64,000 bases of DNA from Epiperipatus broadwayi. Lineage: Eukaryota > Animalia > Onychophora. The stretch lies in assembly GCA_028023455.1 (NCBI GenBank), contig JAQFVV010000007.1, positions 2,852,001-2,916,000 of the forward strand, in the 5' to 3' direction. Under the pieces are notes generated by a model. It saw only the letters and a list, made by a program, of their open reading frames with translations. It was not told where the DNA came from and did no database searches. Shown here in pieces: positions 1-12,318 of the stretch. The position numbers and the translations under genes were made by a program. Numbering within the stretch: position 1 is the first letter of the stretch; each line of letters starts with the position of its first letter.

Positions 1-3000
1 ATTTGGCTCATCCTTGTGAACATATAGATATGTGCTTCTAATCTGGGGGTTGTGACAGGATCGAACTTGTGGATTTCTTCTTATGTCCTGTCCTGTGGAT
101 AGTTGAACTTCCTGGGACCTTTTCTGTATAATAAGGCCTCTGGCATCAGTGATTTCAGTATGCCTGGCACACTCCATACCTCAGCACATTTCTCTAAGAG
201 CTGTCCTAAGAAGGGGGTCTTAGACTTTGTCTTTTGTCCAGAAGCATGTCCTTTTTCCTGTTATTTCTTTGTCATTATGTCAGTACTGCCACTTCATATT
301 ATTATTTCTTTTGCTTCATGACCCAGTTTTGATGTTATAATATTAAAAATTGCACTCTACTCAAAAATATATGTAAATGCTAAATATTACTAATCTTATT
401 AATTTATAATGTTATTTCAATCTTATTATACAATCCCACCGTCATAATCTATTATTTCTATATTTAAGAGTGTATGCCTTGAGGAAAGATCAAGCGTTCT
501 GTCTCCTAAATATTAATTAAAAGAATTTTCAAGAAATTGTTTGCTAAATAATCAAATATAATTGTCAAATGTATTTTATTTATTTTCACGACTGCAATGG
601 TGTGAAAATAGTTTTTTTTATATATGTAATGAATCTTGGAACGCTTCCTGAAATAATGTTAGTCACCATGTTTCAGAATCGTAAATCAAAGCGTTAATAG
701 CAATTTTATGTAATCTTTCTAATAATTGATTGGCACCTTAATACCATACCCACCAAAGATGTGTTTTAATGTATATATACTATTTAGTTGATAAAAGAGC
801 ATATGAGAACCCTTAGTGTGAATTTCACTATGTAATTATCTATTGTTTGGTAGATCGCTTGCTCATTCATGCACACATAAATGTATATAAATAATTTGTC
901 ATGTTATTAAACTATTTTATTGTCTCAACTTATTTGAGTCATTCAAACTCCTTTTACTCCACTTCCACACATACAACCATGCTTATGCCTATCGTAGTTA
1001 AGTTATAATGTAGTTAATATTAAGTCTCGTTGTCTTCTCCACTCTGCTAGTGGGCCAGATTTTAGAATAAATTCTCATGTGCCATCATTTATATGTTATT
1101 CATTAGATGTTTGATCTGGGGTTAGGGAGTGGGTTCAAATCCAGGTTGGTCCCTGATCTAAATCTTGGGCTTGACTGGGTTTAAAGTACATTTTGCGAGT
1201 TCCAGCTCATGTTAGATGGATCAACATTTTTTGAGTAGCACAATATGGATGTATACTCAGGTCATGCTTGACTTACATGTTTAGTCAATCAAGAACTATT
1301 TGGTTTATTATAGTTTGAATTTGAAAGCATTTGTTTTATTAAGTATTTTTTTAAGAACTCGATGGAGGAGGATAAGTTTTGAGCTCTGGTAATTACCAAT
1401 TATGCTGGTTATAAATAATACAAGTATGAGCAACAAAATGCTTTGGTAAGATATGTGTCTATTAAAAAGATTACTGTATATATGCAAATCTCAAAAACGT
1501 ATTGACTAAAATACTGAATCAATCAAGAGATAAATTTATGAATAAAATTCAAAAAAAAAAACTTTTTTTAAATATTGCATTTAGAAGTATTATTAAAAGT
1601 GAGAGTTTAATATATATTGACAGACATAAAACATATGTGATATATTGGACTATTTCCATCGTCTATCAGTAAATGTGGAATGTATAGAACATTTTAAACT
1701 TTATTTAAATTTTTCAAATGCAAAAAACTTATTAGTTGTCTATCTGTGTGTTATTACTAACAAGTTCTTTGTATTTGAAAAGTTTAAATAAAGTTTAAAA
1801 TTTTCTATAGATTAAACATTTTCTGATAGATGATAGAAATAGTGCAACATATTATTACATCTAATATACCATCCTCACAGACCTCCAGGCACATAAAACA
1901 TATGTGTGGAAATTGTGAAGAAAAAATTAAAGTCGGAAAAGATTTACTATTATGAGTTTTGAAATATGAATTTTTTCTACAGTACAGGCTTTTGATACCT
2001 GCACTTATATATGTAATATATAGGGAGTTTGAACTCAGACTTTTATATGACCTCCAACCATTCATGCTATCTCATACCACTGATACACTTGATCACACAT
2101 ATGTCAAAAAGATAAATAATCACCAATATATTTCATGCTAAACTAGCACTCATCAGTTGGTCCAGATCATCATCTCCACAAATATATACAATCAAAGCTC
2201 AGATTATATTAAGATAACCAATCTTCATACTTTAATAAACAGACTTCAAACCACTCCACCCCATAACTCTTCAGCCATCCATTTCATTGAAAATCTGATG
2301 ATGGAATGCTATTATGAGCTTTGTAAACAGATTACATGTAAATTTCTATCTCCAATAAATAAATGTCAATGTTAAGTTAACGGTATACATTTTAATGCCA
2401 TTTAAATTTGTAAATTTATAGCTTTGTAAAAATTTAAAAAAAGTATTTTTCAATTTGTTATTTATGTTTTTAATTTTTGAAATTGATAAGTGTTGCTGAA
2501 TAGAACAGCCCACAAGATAAGATTGCAGTCAACCAATAAGAAGTGGAGTAATAAATAGTCACATGAGCTAATAATGAAATAGTAAAAAATAAATTGCATT
2601 TTTTATTTATTCATTGGATAGTTTTTAATTTATCATCTAATTCTCACCAGCTTATTATGTTGGGAGCTTCAAGAGAAAAGACAGCAAACAACCTTTCATA
2701 ATGTCCAAGGTACAGAATCCTAGCATACTCTTAAATAAATAAGAATTCTATAAGAATACTGTAATGTAAAATATTATTAGCCAAAGCTTACAACCTCTTG
2801 GATAGTAGGAAAAAGACATTGTCTTTCTTTATGACAATTATGGAACAAATTTATAGCTAATATATTCGCCATGGATTACTAATTGCACAATAAAATGGAC
2901 TATGAGACATTGCTTGATTCCATAATAAAATGTTATGTCCTGAACTGCTAACTCTAGTTGAAGTACTGGTAAAGCCTTCCAAACAGTAAATACTAAAAAC

Positions 3001-3604
3001 CAATAGCAATCATAAACTATTCTTAGGGGGGGGGGGATATCAAGAAAATCCAATATAAATGATCAATTATCAAATTTTAAGATCAGCCGAGTAACAGTAA
3101 TTGAATACAATGAAGTAAAAATATTTCAACATATCAGTGTTGCCATTATATATATTCAAATGCCTAAACAGTGAATCTTAAGAGTAAACTTTATGAAAGG
3201 AAAATATCACAAATCCTTTTAAAAATTGAAATATATATATATTAATATTCTTTTTATATTCTGTTAAATCTAAAGTGATTTTTTTTTAAAAGGCATATTC
3301 AATATTTACTTTTCTTTTTTTTATAAATGTATATCTAATTTTATAATAGTGAAATGTAGAATCTTTATTGGTCTTGTTCTTAATATACTTTTGTTGAATG
3401 AAATATATTTTAACACATATTATAGCCCTATTTTTAGGCAAACTTCATAAATAAATTATTTTAATATTCGAGTTAATGAAATAGGCAACCAATAAAGTAC
3501 ATGTGGATATATTTGTTTTTCATCTTCATATTAGGTATAATTTTTTTTAGTTTATCAATGTCTTATTAATAAATTGATATATATATATATATATATCCTA
3601 TTAT

Positions 3605-3664
3605 TAGAACAGGCAAAACTCTCTATACATAAGCAAGCAGAAGAAATGGTGATCATGTGATGTT
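3605..3664. mobile_element. 60-bp miniature insertion made of the two termini of the hammerhead-bearing repeat family at 12.3-13.4 kb
   Basis: 3605-3628 matches the family's left end (AACAGGCAAAACTCTC..ATAC) and 3629-3664 matches its right-end tail (ATAAGCAAGCA.AAGAAATGGTGATCATGTGATG). Flanked by a 13-bp direct repeat TATATCCTATTAT at 3592-3604 and 3665-3677. Confidence 0.8.
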
Positions 3665-5428
3665 TATATCCTATTATGTATATATTCCAATCACTTATAC
3701 AGTTTCCAAGTTTGACACTTTCATATTAAACTTGATTATGATTACCAATGTAGTTGGAGTAAATTTAAAATTTTGTAGTAAAATACAAAACTAATTCTAG
3801 GGATCTGTGAAATGGCATTTATGAGATAGGTTTGGACTTATCCTAAAATAAAAACTGTCGTTTTTACCAAATAAATCATTCCTGAACAGTTAGTTGCTCT
3901 ATAATTTCCCAAAGGGATTGATGATATAAACATCGAGATGTATTTGGTAATTCAATTTGTTGTATAAAATTGATTTATTAATGGCTAGACTGGGTAATTG
4001 GTATAGTATCTATTATAATATATATATATATATATATATTATAAATATATAAGTATAGCTAATATAGCTATATATATATATATATATATATATATTAGCT
4101 ACACTTAAAACTTTCATTCCATTACGCATTTTTGAGACATATGAATAAAGATAGCTGAAAACATGAAATATTAGCTTTAAATGAATTTAAAGTTTATATC
4201 CGCACTAGTAATATTATAATAATCAGTAGCTTAATAAGTGATTAATAATAATCATTAATGTATTTATGAAAAGAAGATGATATTAAAAGTGTGAATGTTG
4301 GAAGTTGGCATTATAAACAGCTACTCAACATACATTTTGCCATGTCTTACAAGGAATAACAATAACTATAAATACAAGGAATAACTATAAATAAACATAT
4401 ATATAAGAATAAACTGTAATAAATGTATATACCATTGTTTTATACCAAAAATTTATTACCTTAATAGTTAATAATCGCCTACATACTCTTATAGAATATA
4501 TTTTATTATATATATATATATTTGTGTGGATGATAAATATAAAATATAAAATCAAATAAAGTCATTATTTTACTTTTATCTTAGAAACTTTTTGTTTATT
4601 TATCTGTCTTTAAATATCCTATCTTTTATACCTATATTTAGAAATATTGAAACAATTTCAAAGGATTTTTTTTCCCCATACGTAAAATATTACAACTGGA
4701 TAATTTCTGAATTTCTTCGTTTACTATTAAAAACCAAATTAGGAATCACTAAGTGATACAGAAGACTGAAATAAATATAACGATATTCGTAAGAAATATT
4801 GTTTATATTCAAATAGAGATTAATTGTATAAATCATCAATTTAATCCACCAATCTGCTATTACTGAGTAGTAGCCAAATTTCCTTTGAAATTTTAGGTTC
4901 AAAACTATTTTCAGTATTAGCTCTATTAACGAAGAAATGCTAAGATAATCTTCATTAAGTGAACATTTACTGACTAAAACCAGTAAAGGCACAACTCATA
5001 ATATGATCATTTGATGAAAATAGTTCAATCATTTAATCATTTCATAATAATAAATCCATATAATGACAAGAATTTTAGGGATAAATATATAACATATTTT
5101 TATCTCAAATCCAGTATGTCATATTCAGTCCTCATCAGAAAAAATTCGACTGCCCTCTCTCATTATAAATGTTTTTTTAATTTTATTTTCGACTTAAATT
5201 AAAATAAATTCATTTTTTAACTTTTTTCTGTAAGATGACAAATAAGTTACAAATAAGTAATAGGGTGCTGCATTGATTATAACTGCCTTTGCTTATGATC
5301 GTCTTGACAAGAATCTCAGTATTTGGAGATAAATCATAAATTTTAATGAGCTTTTTATTTTATTAAGATGCATAACATTCACTCTGCATATATATATATA
5401 TATTCATACATCATCATCATCATCATTA

Positions 5429-8428
5429 TCAAACATTATCAATCCACTGCAGGATGAAGGTCTCTCCAAGTTTAATCCATCTTCTCCGATCTTTAGCTTC
5501 TCGTCTCCACATCACCCCTACACATTTTCTTATTTCATCCATCCATCTTACATGTGGTCTCCTTCTGGGTCTTTTACAATCTCTTGGAATCCAGTTTAAA
5601 ATTTCAATTATCCATCTATTATCATCTCTTCTAGCAATATGTCCAGCCCAACTCCACTTCAATCTTTTAATTTTTTCAATGAGGTCAGTAACACCTGTTT
5701 GTTCTCTTACCCATACATTGCGTTTTCGATCTCTTCTTGTTACTCCCAACATACATCTCTCCATACTTCTTTGAGTGGTCTGAAGTCTCTGTATTGATCT
5801 TCTATTAAGTGTCCAAGTCTCAGATCCATAAGTAAGAACTGGTAAAACACATTTGTTGAAAACCATTCTTTTCAAACACATAGGCATATTTCCTTTTAGT
5901 ATCAAGTTATTTCTACCAAAAGCACTCCAACCAAGTTTAATTCTATGATTAATTTCCTCCATTATGTTTCCATCTGTATTAATAATCTGACCTAGGTATT
6001 TGTAACTCTTAACTTCTTCTAATTCATCATAATCAATCTTTATTTTCATATTTTGAGCAAATCGATTAAACATTACTTTAGTGTTTTTAACATTTATCTT
6101 TAGTCCTACTTTCCTACTTTCATCTGATAACTCCTGCAACATTTCCTGCAGCTCGGAAGCATTATTTGCAAAAACAACTACATCATCTGCGAAATCTAAA
6201 TGACTTAAATAATCTCCATTTACTTTCACTCCTTTAGTTTCCCATTTTAATCCACAAAATACTTCTTGCAGCACTGCTGTAAAAAGTTTTGGAGATATGG
6301 AGTCACCTTGTCTTACACCTTTCTCAATGTTGACTTTCCCAGTATCATTATGTAATCTAATTGTTGCTGTTGCATTTTTATAAATATTCTTTAAAATATG
6401 ACAATATCCTGGATCTATACCTTGATGATCCAATGCTTTAATCACTGAAGAAATGTTTATAGAATCAAATGCCTTTTCATAATCTACAAATCCAAAACAT
6501 AATGACAACTCATATTCATTTGTCCTTTCTATAACTTCTCTCAATACTTGAATATGATCTACTGTACTAAAACCACTTTTAAATCCAGCTTGTTCTCTTG
6601 GTTGGTGAAAATCCAAGGTTCTCTGTAGACGAGTTGTAATTATCTTGGTAAAAATTTTATATAAAACTGATAAAAGGCTGATAGATCTGTAATTTCTAAT
6701 ATCTTCTTTATCACCTTTTTTAAATATTAATATTATTACTGCATTCTTCCAATCATCCGGTACATCTTTATCATTTAGACATTTGGTATATAACTTTGCT
6801 AATATTTTTTCTGTTTCTTTACCTGCTTCTTTTAATATATCAATTATAATTCCATCATTACCTGGAGCCTTTCCTTTTTTCATACATTTAATTGCATTTC
6901 TCACTTCTTCATTTAAAATTCTGGGCAATTCGGAAGATGTAATAGATATAGGAGGTACTTGTTCTTTATTACTATATAATTCTTGATAAAAATCTTCTAC
7001 CAATTTCATAATGTCATCCCTCTTTTTAGTAATAATTCCATCTTTTTTCCTTATTGCAGATATAAATTTCCTACCAATACCAAAATGTTGTTTTACATTC
7101 TTAAGACTTTTATTTTCTTCTACAGCTTTTCTTGCTAGTTCACAGTTATACTTTCTTATATCATTTTCAACTCTTTTCCGCACCATTTTACAAAATTCGA
7201 GATATTCAATTCTTTTTAATGCATCATTCTTGCATATCTTCATATTCCTTCTTTTCTTCATAAGTTCTCTAGTCTCAGTAGAAATTTTATTAGTCAATTG
7301 CTGCTTTTTTCTACTAGCTATCTTTGTTGCAGTTTTTAAAAGTGTATCAGTTATTTTCATATTAATTTCATTCAAATCTGAATCATGTTCAAAATCTACT
7401 AATACTTGAAACCGATTTGTAAGTTCTAATTTAAATTCATTAGAATGTTTCTGAAGATTAGGAATATCAACTGTAAATATAGTTTTTCTTAATAATTTTT
7501 GTCTCTCTAGTTTTACATTAACATGTATCTTACCCCTTACTAATCGATGATCACTTCCTGTGTTAAATTTATTAAGAACATTACAATCTTGAAATATGTA
7601 TTTCCTGTTAGTCAAAATATAATCCAATTCTGCTGTACCTTCATTTGGATGCTTCCATGTCCATTTCCTTCTAACATTTTTCTCAAAAAAAGAATTCATA
7701 ATATAAAGTTTTTCCTTCTCTGCAAACTCCACAAGTTTATGTCCTCTCTCATTTCTATTACCATAACCAAAATTACCTACAACACTTTCATCTTTCATTT
7801 GTTTACCAATTCTAGCATTAAAATCTCCCATAACAATTTTAAAATGTTGTTTACTCTGATCAAAAGCCTTTTGTACATCCATATAAAAATCTTCTACTAC
7901 TTCATCACTGTGAGAACTTGTTGGGGCATAAACCTGAATTATCTGCATTTGATATCTGCTATTAAGTTGTATAACTAATCTTGCCACTCTGTCTAATACA
8001 CCATCAATCTCCAGAATATTGTTCTTCCACTTTTTATTTATAATGAATCCTACTCCACTTGTATTTCCAATATTTGTGCCTTTATAATAGAGCATATGTC
8101 CACTTTTTAAATCAATTGTCTCTTCACCTTTTCTTCTAACTTCACAAAGTCCAATAATATCCCATTTAATATAAGAGAGTTCTTCTTCTAATTCTTGCAA
8201 TCTTCCTTCACTTGAAAGTGATCTGCAGTTGTAAGTACCTAAATAAAAAGTCGTCATCAAATGGCAGCCTGGGTCCGCCTCCAGGATATTCTTAGCACCC
8301 TCCGCCTTCGGCCACCAACCGCTGCCTTGGTTGGTGACTTTACAGCTTCCTGGGATTAAAGGCCATGCTTTATTTTTGTCTGTCATAATTGTATAATTGG
8401 GAAAAATCTTTATCATTTGCACAAACAT
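5429..8428 (-). CDS. RTE ORF: apurinic-like endonuclease plus reverse transcriptase, 999 aa, uninterrupted
   Basis: APE motifs GTYNCRSL, DIIGLCEVRR, IQVYAPT, MGDFNARIG, LDYIL, SDHR. RT motifs KAPGNDG, QAGF, FVDYEKAFD, GVRQGDSISPKLF, FADD. RTE-type C-terminus VLTYGSETWTL and WSWAGHIARR. Confidence 0.95.
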   Translation of the reverse strand: MFVQMIKIFPNYTIMTDKNKAWPLIPGSCKVTNQGSGWWPKAEGAKNILEADPGCHLMTTFYLGTYNCRSLSSEGRLQELEEELSYIKWDIIGLCEVRRKGEETIDLKSGHMLYYKGTNIGNTSGVGFIINKKWKNNILEIDGVLDRVARLVIQLNSRYQMQIIQVYAPTSSHSDEVVEDFYMDVQKAFDQSKQHFKIVMGDFNARIGKQMKDESVVGNFGYGNRNERGHKLVEFAEKEKLYIMNSFFEKNVRRKWTWKHPNEGTAELDYILTNRKYIFQDCNVLNKFNTGSDHRLVRGKIHVNVKLERQKLLRKTIFTVDIPNLQKHSNEFKLELTNRFQVLVDFEHDSDLNEINMKITDTLLKTATKIASRKKQQLTNKISTETRELMKKRRNMKICKNDALKRIEYLEFCKMVRKRVENDIRKYNCELARKAVEENKSLKNVKQHFGIGRKFISAIRKKDGIITKKRDDIMKLVEDFYQELYSNKEQVPPISITSSELPRILNEEVRNAIKCMKKGKAPGNDGIIIDILKEAGKETEKILAKLYTKCLNDKDVPDDWKNAVIILIFKKGDKEDIRNYRSISLLSVLYKIFTKIITTRLQRTLDFHQPREQAGFKSGFSTVDHIQVLREVIERTNEYELSLCFGFVDYEKAFDSINISSVIKALDHQGIDPGYCHILKNIYKNATATIRLHNDTGKVNIEKGVRQGDSISPKLFTAVLQEVFCGLKWETKGVKVNGDYLSHLDFADDVVVFANNASELQEMLQELSDESRKVGLKINVKNTKVMFNRFAQNMKIKIDYDELEEVKSYKYLGQIINTDGNIMEEINHRIKLGWSAFGRNNLILKGNMPMCLKRMVFNKCVLPVLTYGSETWTLNRRSIQRLQTTQRSMERCMLGVTRRDRKRNVWVREQTGVTDLIEKIKRLKWSWAGHIARRDDNRWIIEILNWIPRDCKRPRRRPHVRWMDEIRKCVGVMWRREAKDRRRWIKLGETFILQWIDNV

Positions 8429-8545
8429 TCATTCTGCCTTATCAGGCACTGAGAAGAAAGACCATGGTGTTTCTTGATCTTAAACTCAGAGGTAAAAAGC
8501 CAATAAACTCACCACGCTGGCTAATGCGTGTTGGTGAGCAGCCCA

Positions 8546-8708
8546 TCCATGTTCGTATACTATATGAATAAACATATAGTAATAACAGCTGCAACGACAA
8601 GAACGTATGGAGTGGACATTAGGAATTTGCCCTGCTCGGTTCCTTTAAGGCCTCCAAGAGGAATCAAAGGGTCTCCTTTCAGTTAATAGCAAACTCCTTT
8701 CTGCAGCC
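8546..8708 (-). ncRNA. HDV-like (CPEB3-type) self-cleaving ribozyme forming the RTE 5' end
   Basis: Minus strand: P1 GGCUGCA (8708-8702)/UGCAGCU (8593-8587) with G1-U wobble; P2 UCCAU (8611-8607)/AUGGA (8550-8546); P3 ACG/CGU around L3 UUCUUGU; GU after P1; P4 UACUAUAUG/CAUAUAGUA; J4/2 CGAA with the catalytic C at 8555; ~90-nt structured J1/2. Confidence 0.9.
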
Positions 8709-10960
8709 ATATTCATACATATAGGTCTTTAAATTAGAGTTTAATGTGTGGATGCGACTCATACTGTAAACTGTAATTAAAAAAAAAAAACGATTAGAAG
8801 TAAGAAAAGAAGATTCCACACGGCAACGATAAGGCAACTTTGTGTAAGTGTATTATTATTCAAAATGGAAATCAGATTCTCACAAAAAGCAAATCTTTAT
8901 TTACTTGCTTGCCCACCAATGTCCATTGAATCTGTAGATTTAATATATTGCTTTGATGTAATTGCTTAACAAATTAGATTTTAAAAACTGGAAATAAAAG
9001 ATTGGGTTCCAGAGTATATTTTACATTACGAAAAAATACTTTCAATTAAAAATTATATACAAACTAAACTGTCTGAAATATAACTTCAAGTGAAAAGTTT
9101 TTCCATATCTTTCCACAAGTATGTGACATTCTAGACTACTCCAATGCTACTTTGGTGAAGATTTTAGATTTTCATTCTCTTTTTTTCAATCTTGCAGCCA
9201 GCATATTTATTAAACTATCAACTATCTAGAATATTTCTATGCTTACTTGGAAATTTTCAGTTTCTTAAAAAATTTCCAGATTCTTTCAGAACTAAGTGAC
9301 TAATTTAAGAATTACTAATTAATCTAAAGCAGTACTGCTATGCATTAGAATATATTTCAGTTAGTGAATTTTAATGTTTTTAAATAAATTGAATATGTGT
9401 GTGAGTGTGGGCATGTGAGCTTATTTATATATCATTTTAAAAGAATATCAAAAATATCAATATATTTAAAGTGTTTTAACCAAACTGTCCTCAATCAGTT
9501 AGTAGTTATATCCCAATACTTATATATTGCTACAATCTGTCTAAAGATATACATTTTAACATAATCATAAACTTACAGACAAAAATAAAAATAAATTGTC
9601 TTTACTTTTTACCTTTTTTTAAAAAAAAAAAAAAAGAAGAATTGAAAACAATTTATTTAAATTAAATGTCCTTATTATTTTCAGAAACATTGTGAGTAAA
9701 GAAAGAAAAAACAATTGGCTAAAGTTTAAAATTCATTCCAAAGCAATGTCCTTAATGTTAAAAATTATGTAAAAATAATTTTGAACTTGTGATAATATAG
9801 TTAAATAGTTAGAATATTTTAATATGTTTGATCATCATCTTCAATGTTTATGCTTAATGCTAAAACCTAAAAGTAACAACAAGAAAAATAAAATAAAATT
9901 ACAAAAGAGTTGAACTAATGTCTGTATAATAGCCCTTCATTTTTAAAGCTAAAATTTGGACAAAAAATTTATTAATGTTAAAAACAGATAAAAATTCATT
10001 TTTAGCAGATTATTCTTTCTAACAATTATTTAGAGATTAACTGTGCATCTTATGATTTAATCAGCATTCTAAAATAGCTTATAATGAAATACTTCTACTC
10101 AGTTCGATCATTACCAATGCTTTGGGATTCCGCTATCATCTTATTTACAGATCCAAAGTGACATATGTCAGCAATATTAGTTATTCGTTAGTTACATTAT
10201 GTTTAGATTAAATATAATACTCATCCCAAGAATTAGTAACCACATATTAACCAATCCTATTACTATATGTATGTACATTGTGTGTATAGATATCAATGAA
10301 TGGTGATTTAATAGATATGTGAATCCCAATATGTGTAGGTCTTATGAAACAATGAGGGATTATAAACTACCTCAGCATGTCCTTTCAATGAACACTATTT
10401 AAAAAAAAGAGAAAGTAGTTTATTCCAATTAAATATTTTATTAATTGAGCAGATATTTCTTATTCAGATCTTAAAGAGTTTTAATGATGGCTGGATTTTA
10501 CAATTACTCCAAAAAATAACTTTTGATACCTTACTTACATTACAAGAATGTGAGAGTTTAAATAATTTGAAGTGTATCATATGAAAATTTGAAACAAATA
10601 TGAATATTCTCAGTAATATTAGAAGTTATATCAATTTAATTTATTAGATGTGAAATAAAGATCCATGATAGTTAATTGGGAGAGTATATATTTTGGTGAA
10701 TATATTGTTCTTTTTGCAAGATAGAAAATATATAAATATTTACTAAGATAAAGGTGTAGAACTAGAAAAGGAAAATGATGTTATGTTTTGGGATAATCTT
10801 TAAATATTGCTGTATTATTGGGCAATAAATTAACATATTACAAATGGGGTCATATTTTCTTCTATTGTTCCAGAAGATTATATTGTGTTTATTTACTATA
10901 TTCTGATCACTAAGATCTGTGTCTTTATTTATAGCATGGCAACTCCTACCAAACATATGA

Positions 10961-11060
10961 CCGGGGTTCGAATCTGGGCAGGATAAATTTAAAACTTTTT
11001 CAAGTCTTAATCAGACTTAGAATTTTTCTTTCAGATAATTAACCTGTAGTAAACAATTAA
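10961..11060 (+). mobile_element. Truncated tRNA-derived SINE-like fragment
   Basis: B-box GGTTCGAATC at 10965-10974. The body resembles the minus-strand sequence at ~19410-19535, which carries an A-box-like TAGCAAAGTGG. Confidence 0.35.
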
Positions 11061-11649
11061 TCATCCCATATTGGATAGTAAATATAAAGAATAAAATGAA
11101 GGTAGAAAAATATTTAAACTCTTACTATTTGTACTAATGATAGGTTTAATGAGAATTGTCTTATTCATTGATTTTTATAGCTGTCTATTAAGTGGCTTTT
11201 GCCCTGCAAGTTAGTATTTAAAGACGATTTTATCTATTTACAGAATCAATTAATAATATTGTTCAAGTATTTCTAATAACATTAACGAAATATCTTTTTT
11301 TTTTTCATTGTGAAGTGTTATGTTAATGATTTTATAGATATATAATTTTAATATTTTAGTTTTAGTAAAAACAACCAATAAAAATGTAGTAAAAATATTC
11401 TATATTGTAATTGTTTATATTAGTTGTATATGTAATAGGATATCGATGATGCCATTTATTTAATGTGTAATAATTTCTAGAAGCTGATGTTAAAACTTTT
11501 AGCGCCTTTTTTTAATTAAATTAATCAAATAACTTCATAAAACACGTCATCATCCAACTGCCTTTTCATATTGCAAGCTAATTAATTTAATTAAAAGACA
11601 GCGCTTTTAGAAAGTATATATATAACAAATTAGCTTAATTATTTTGATA

Positions 11650-12100
11650 GAAAGAAAAAAGAATCGCCGTTGCTAAACAAGCTTCTAATAAAGCTAAGAA
11701 ATTATCCATACTTTTAAAGTTATTAGGAAATAGAACTCCGTTAAGCCGTTTGTTTGAAATGTTATTTACAGAACGATGCAGTAATTGAAAAATTTGGAGA
11801 TAATAGAATAGGGGGGAAATGGTAAAAATAAATTGCAAAAGAGTAAGTACAAAAAAAATATTTATTGAAGAATTTAAAATAACGAGAAGAACTAAAGTTA
11901 ATATTATGAATCATATTAAGATCTGTGGAAGACCAGATAAAGAAAAGTAATAAAAATGTTGATAGATGATATTTGAAGGAAATAGTTATGAGCTTTTAAA
12001 AAACAGAGCTAATGGTAAGAGAATTTAGAAAAGTAGATTGGGTTAATATTCAGAACCGGCCTTAGTAGATTACTGACAATAATGATGATGATGACAACAT
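11650..12100 (+). pseudogene. Highly decayed 3' fragments of a second RTE family
   Basis: RIAVAKQASNK matches the RTE RIAMAKxAFNK motif. The downstream part resembles 42150-42300 and ends in a (GAT)n-like tail at ~12082. Confidence 0.4.
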
Positions 12101-12318
12101 AGTAAATTATTTTTTAATTTTTGTTTTCTGTGATTTATTTTATAAATCAATGGAATATATATATATCATTTGAATGCATTATATATTTAAATGTGCTAAT
12201 TAATCCAACTGGATATTAAGCAATCTCGCACACCCACACACACACACACACACACACAACCTAAGTGCTATATGTTTGTTGACATAAAGGCAGAGATTGA
12301 ACAACTTAGAAAAGAATT

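Larger units (their letters stand above)
5412..8708 (-). mobile_element. Full-length RTE-clade non-LTR retrotransposon
   Basis: Single APE-RT ORF, (GAT)n 3' tail at ~5409-5428, and a 12-bp TSD ATATTCATACAT at 5400-5411 and 8709-8720. The 5' end coincides with the predicted ribozyme cleavage site. Confidence 0.95.

Noticed and set aside
1-330. Minus-strand frame ending KFDPVTTPRLEAHIYMFTRMSQ, vaguely gag-like
   Set aside because: Interrupted by stops, cut by the window edge, and no diagnostic motif.
2651-2709. Possible plus-strand exon (CAG|..YYVGSFKRKDSKQPFIMSK|GT)
   Set aside because: Splice-like signals are common in AT-rich DNA; no partner exons or recognisable protein.
5125-5140. CTGATGAGGAC on the minus strand (hammerhead-like start)
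   Set aside because: No closing stem II or GAAA downstream.
5454-7978. Plus-strand ORFs antisense to the RTE (also 16495-17287 and 35596-35835)
   Set aside because: Shadow frames of the retrotransposon coding strand.
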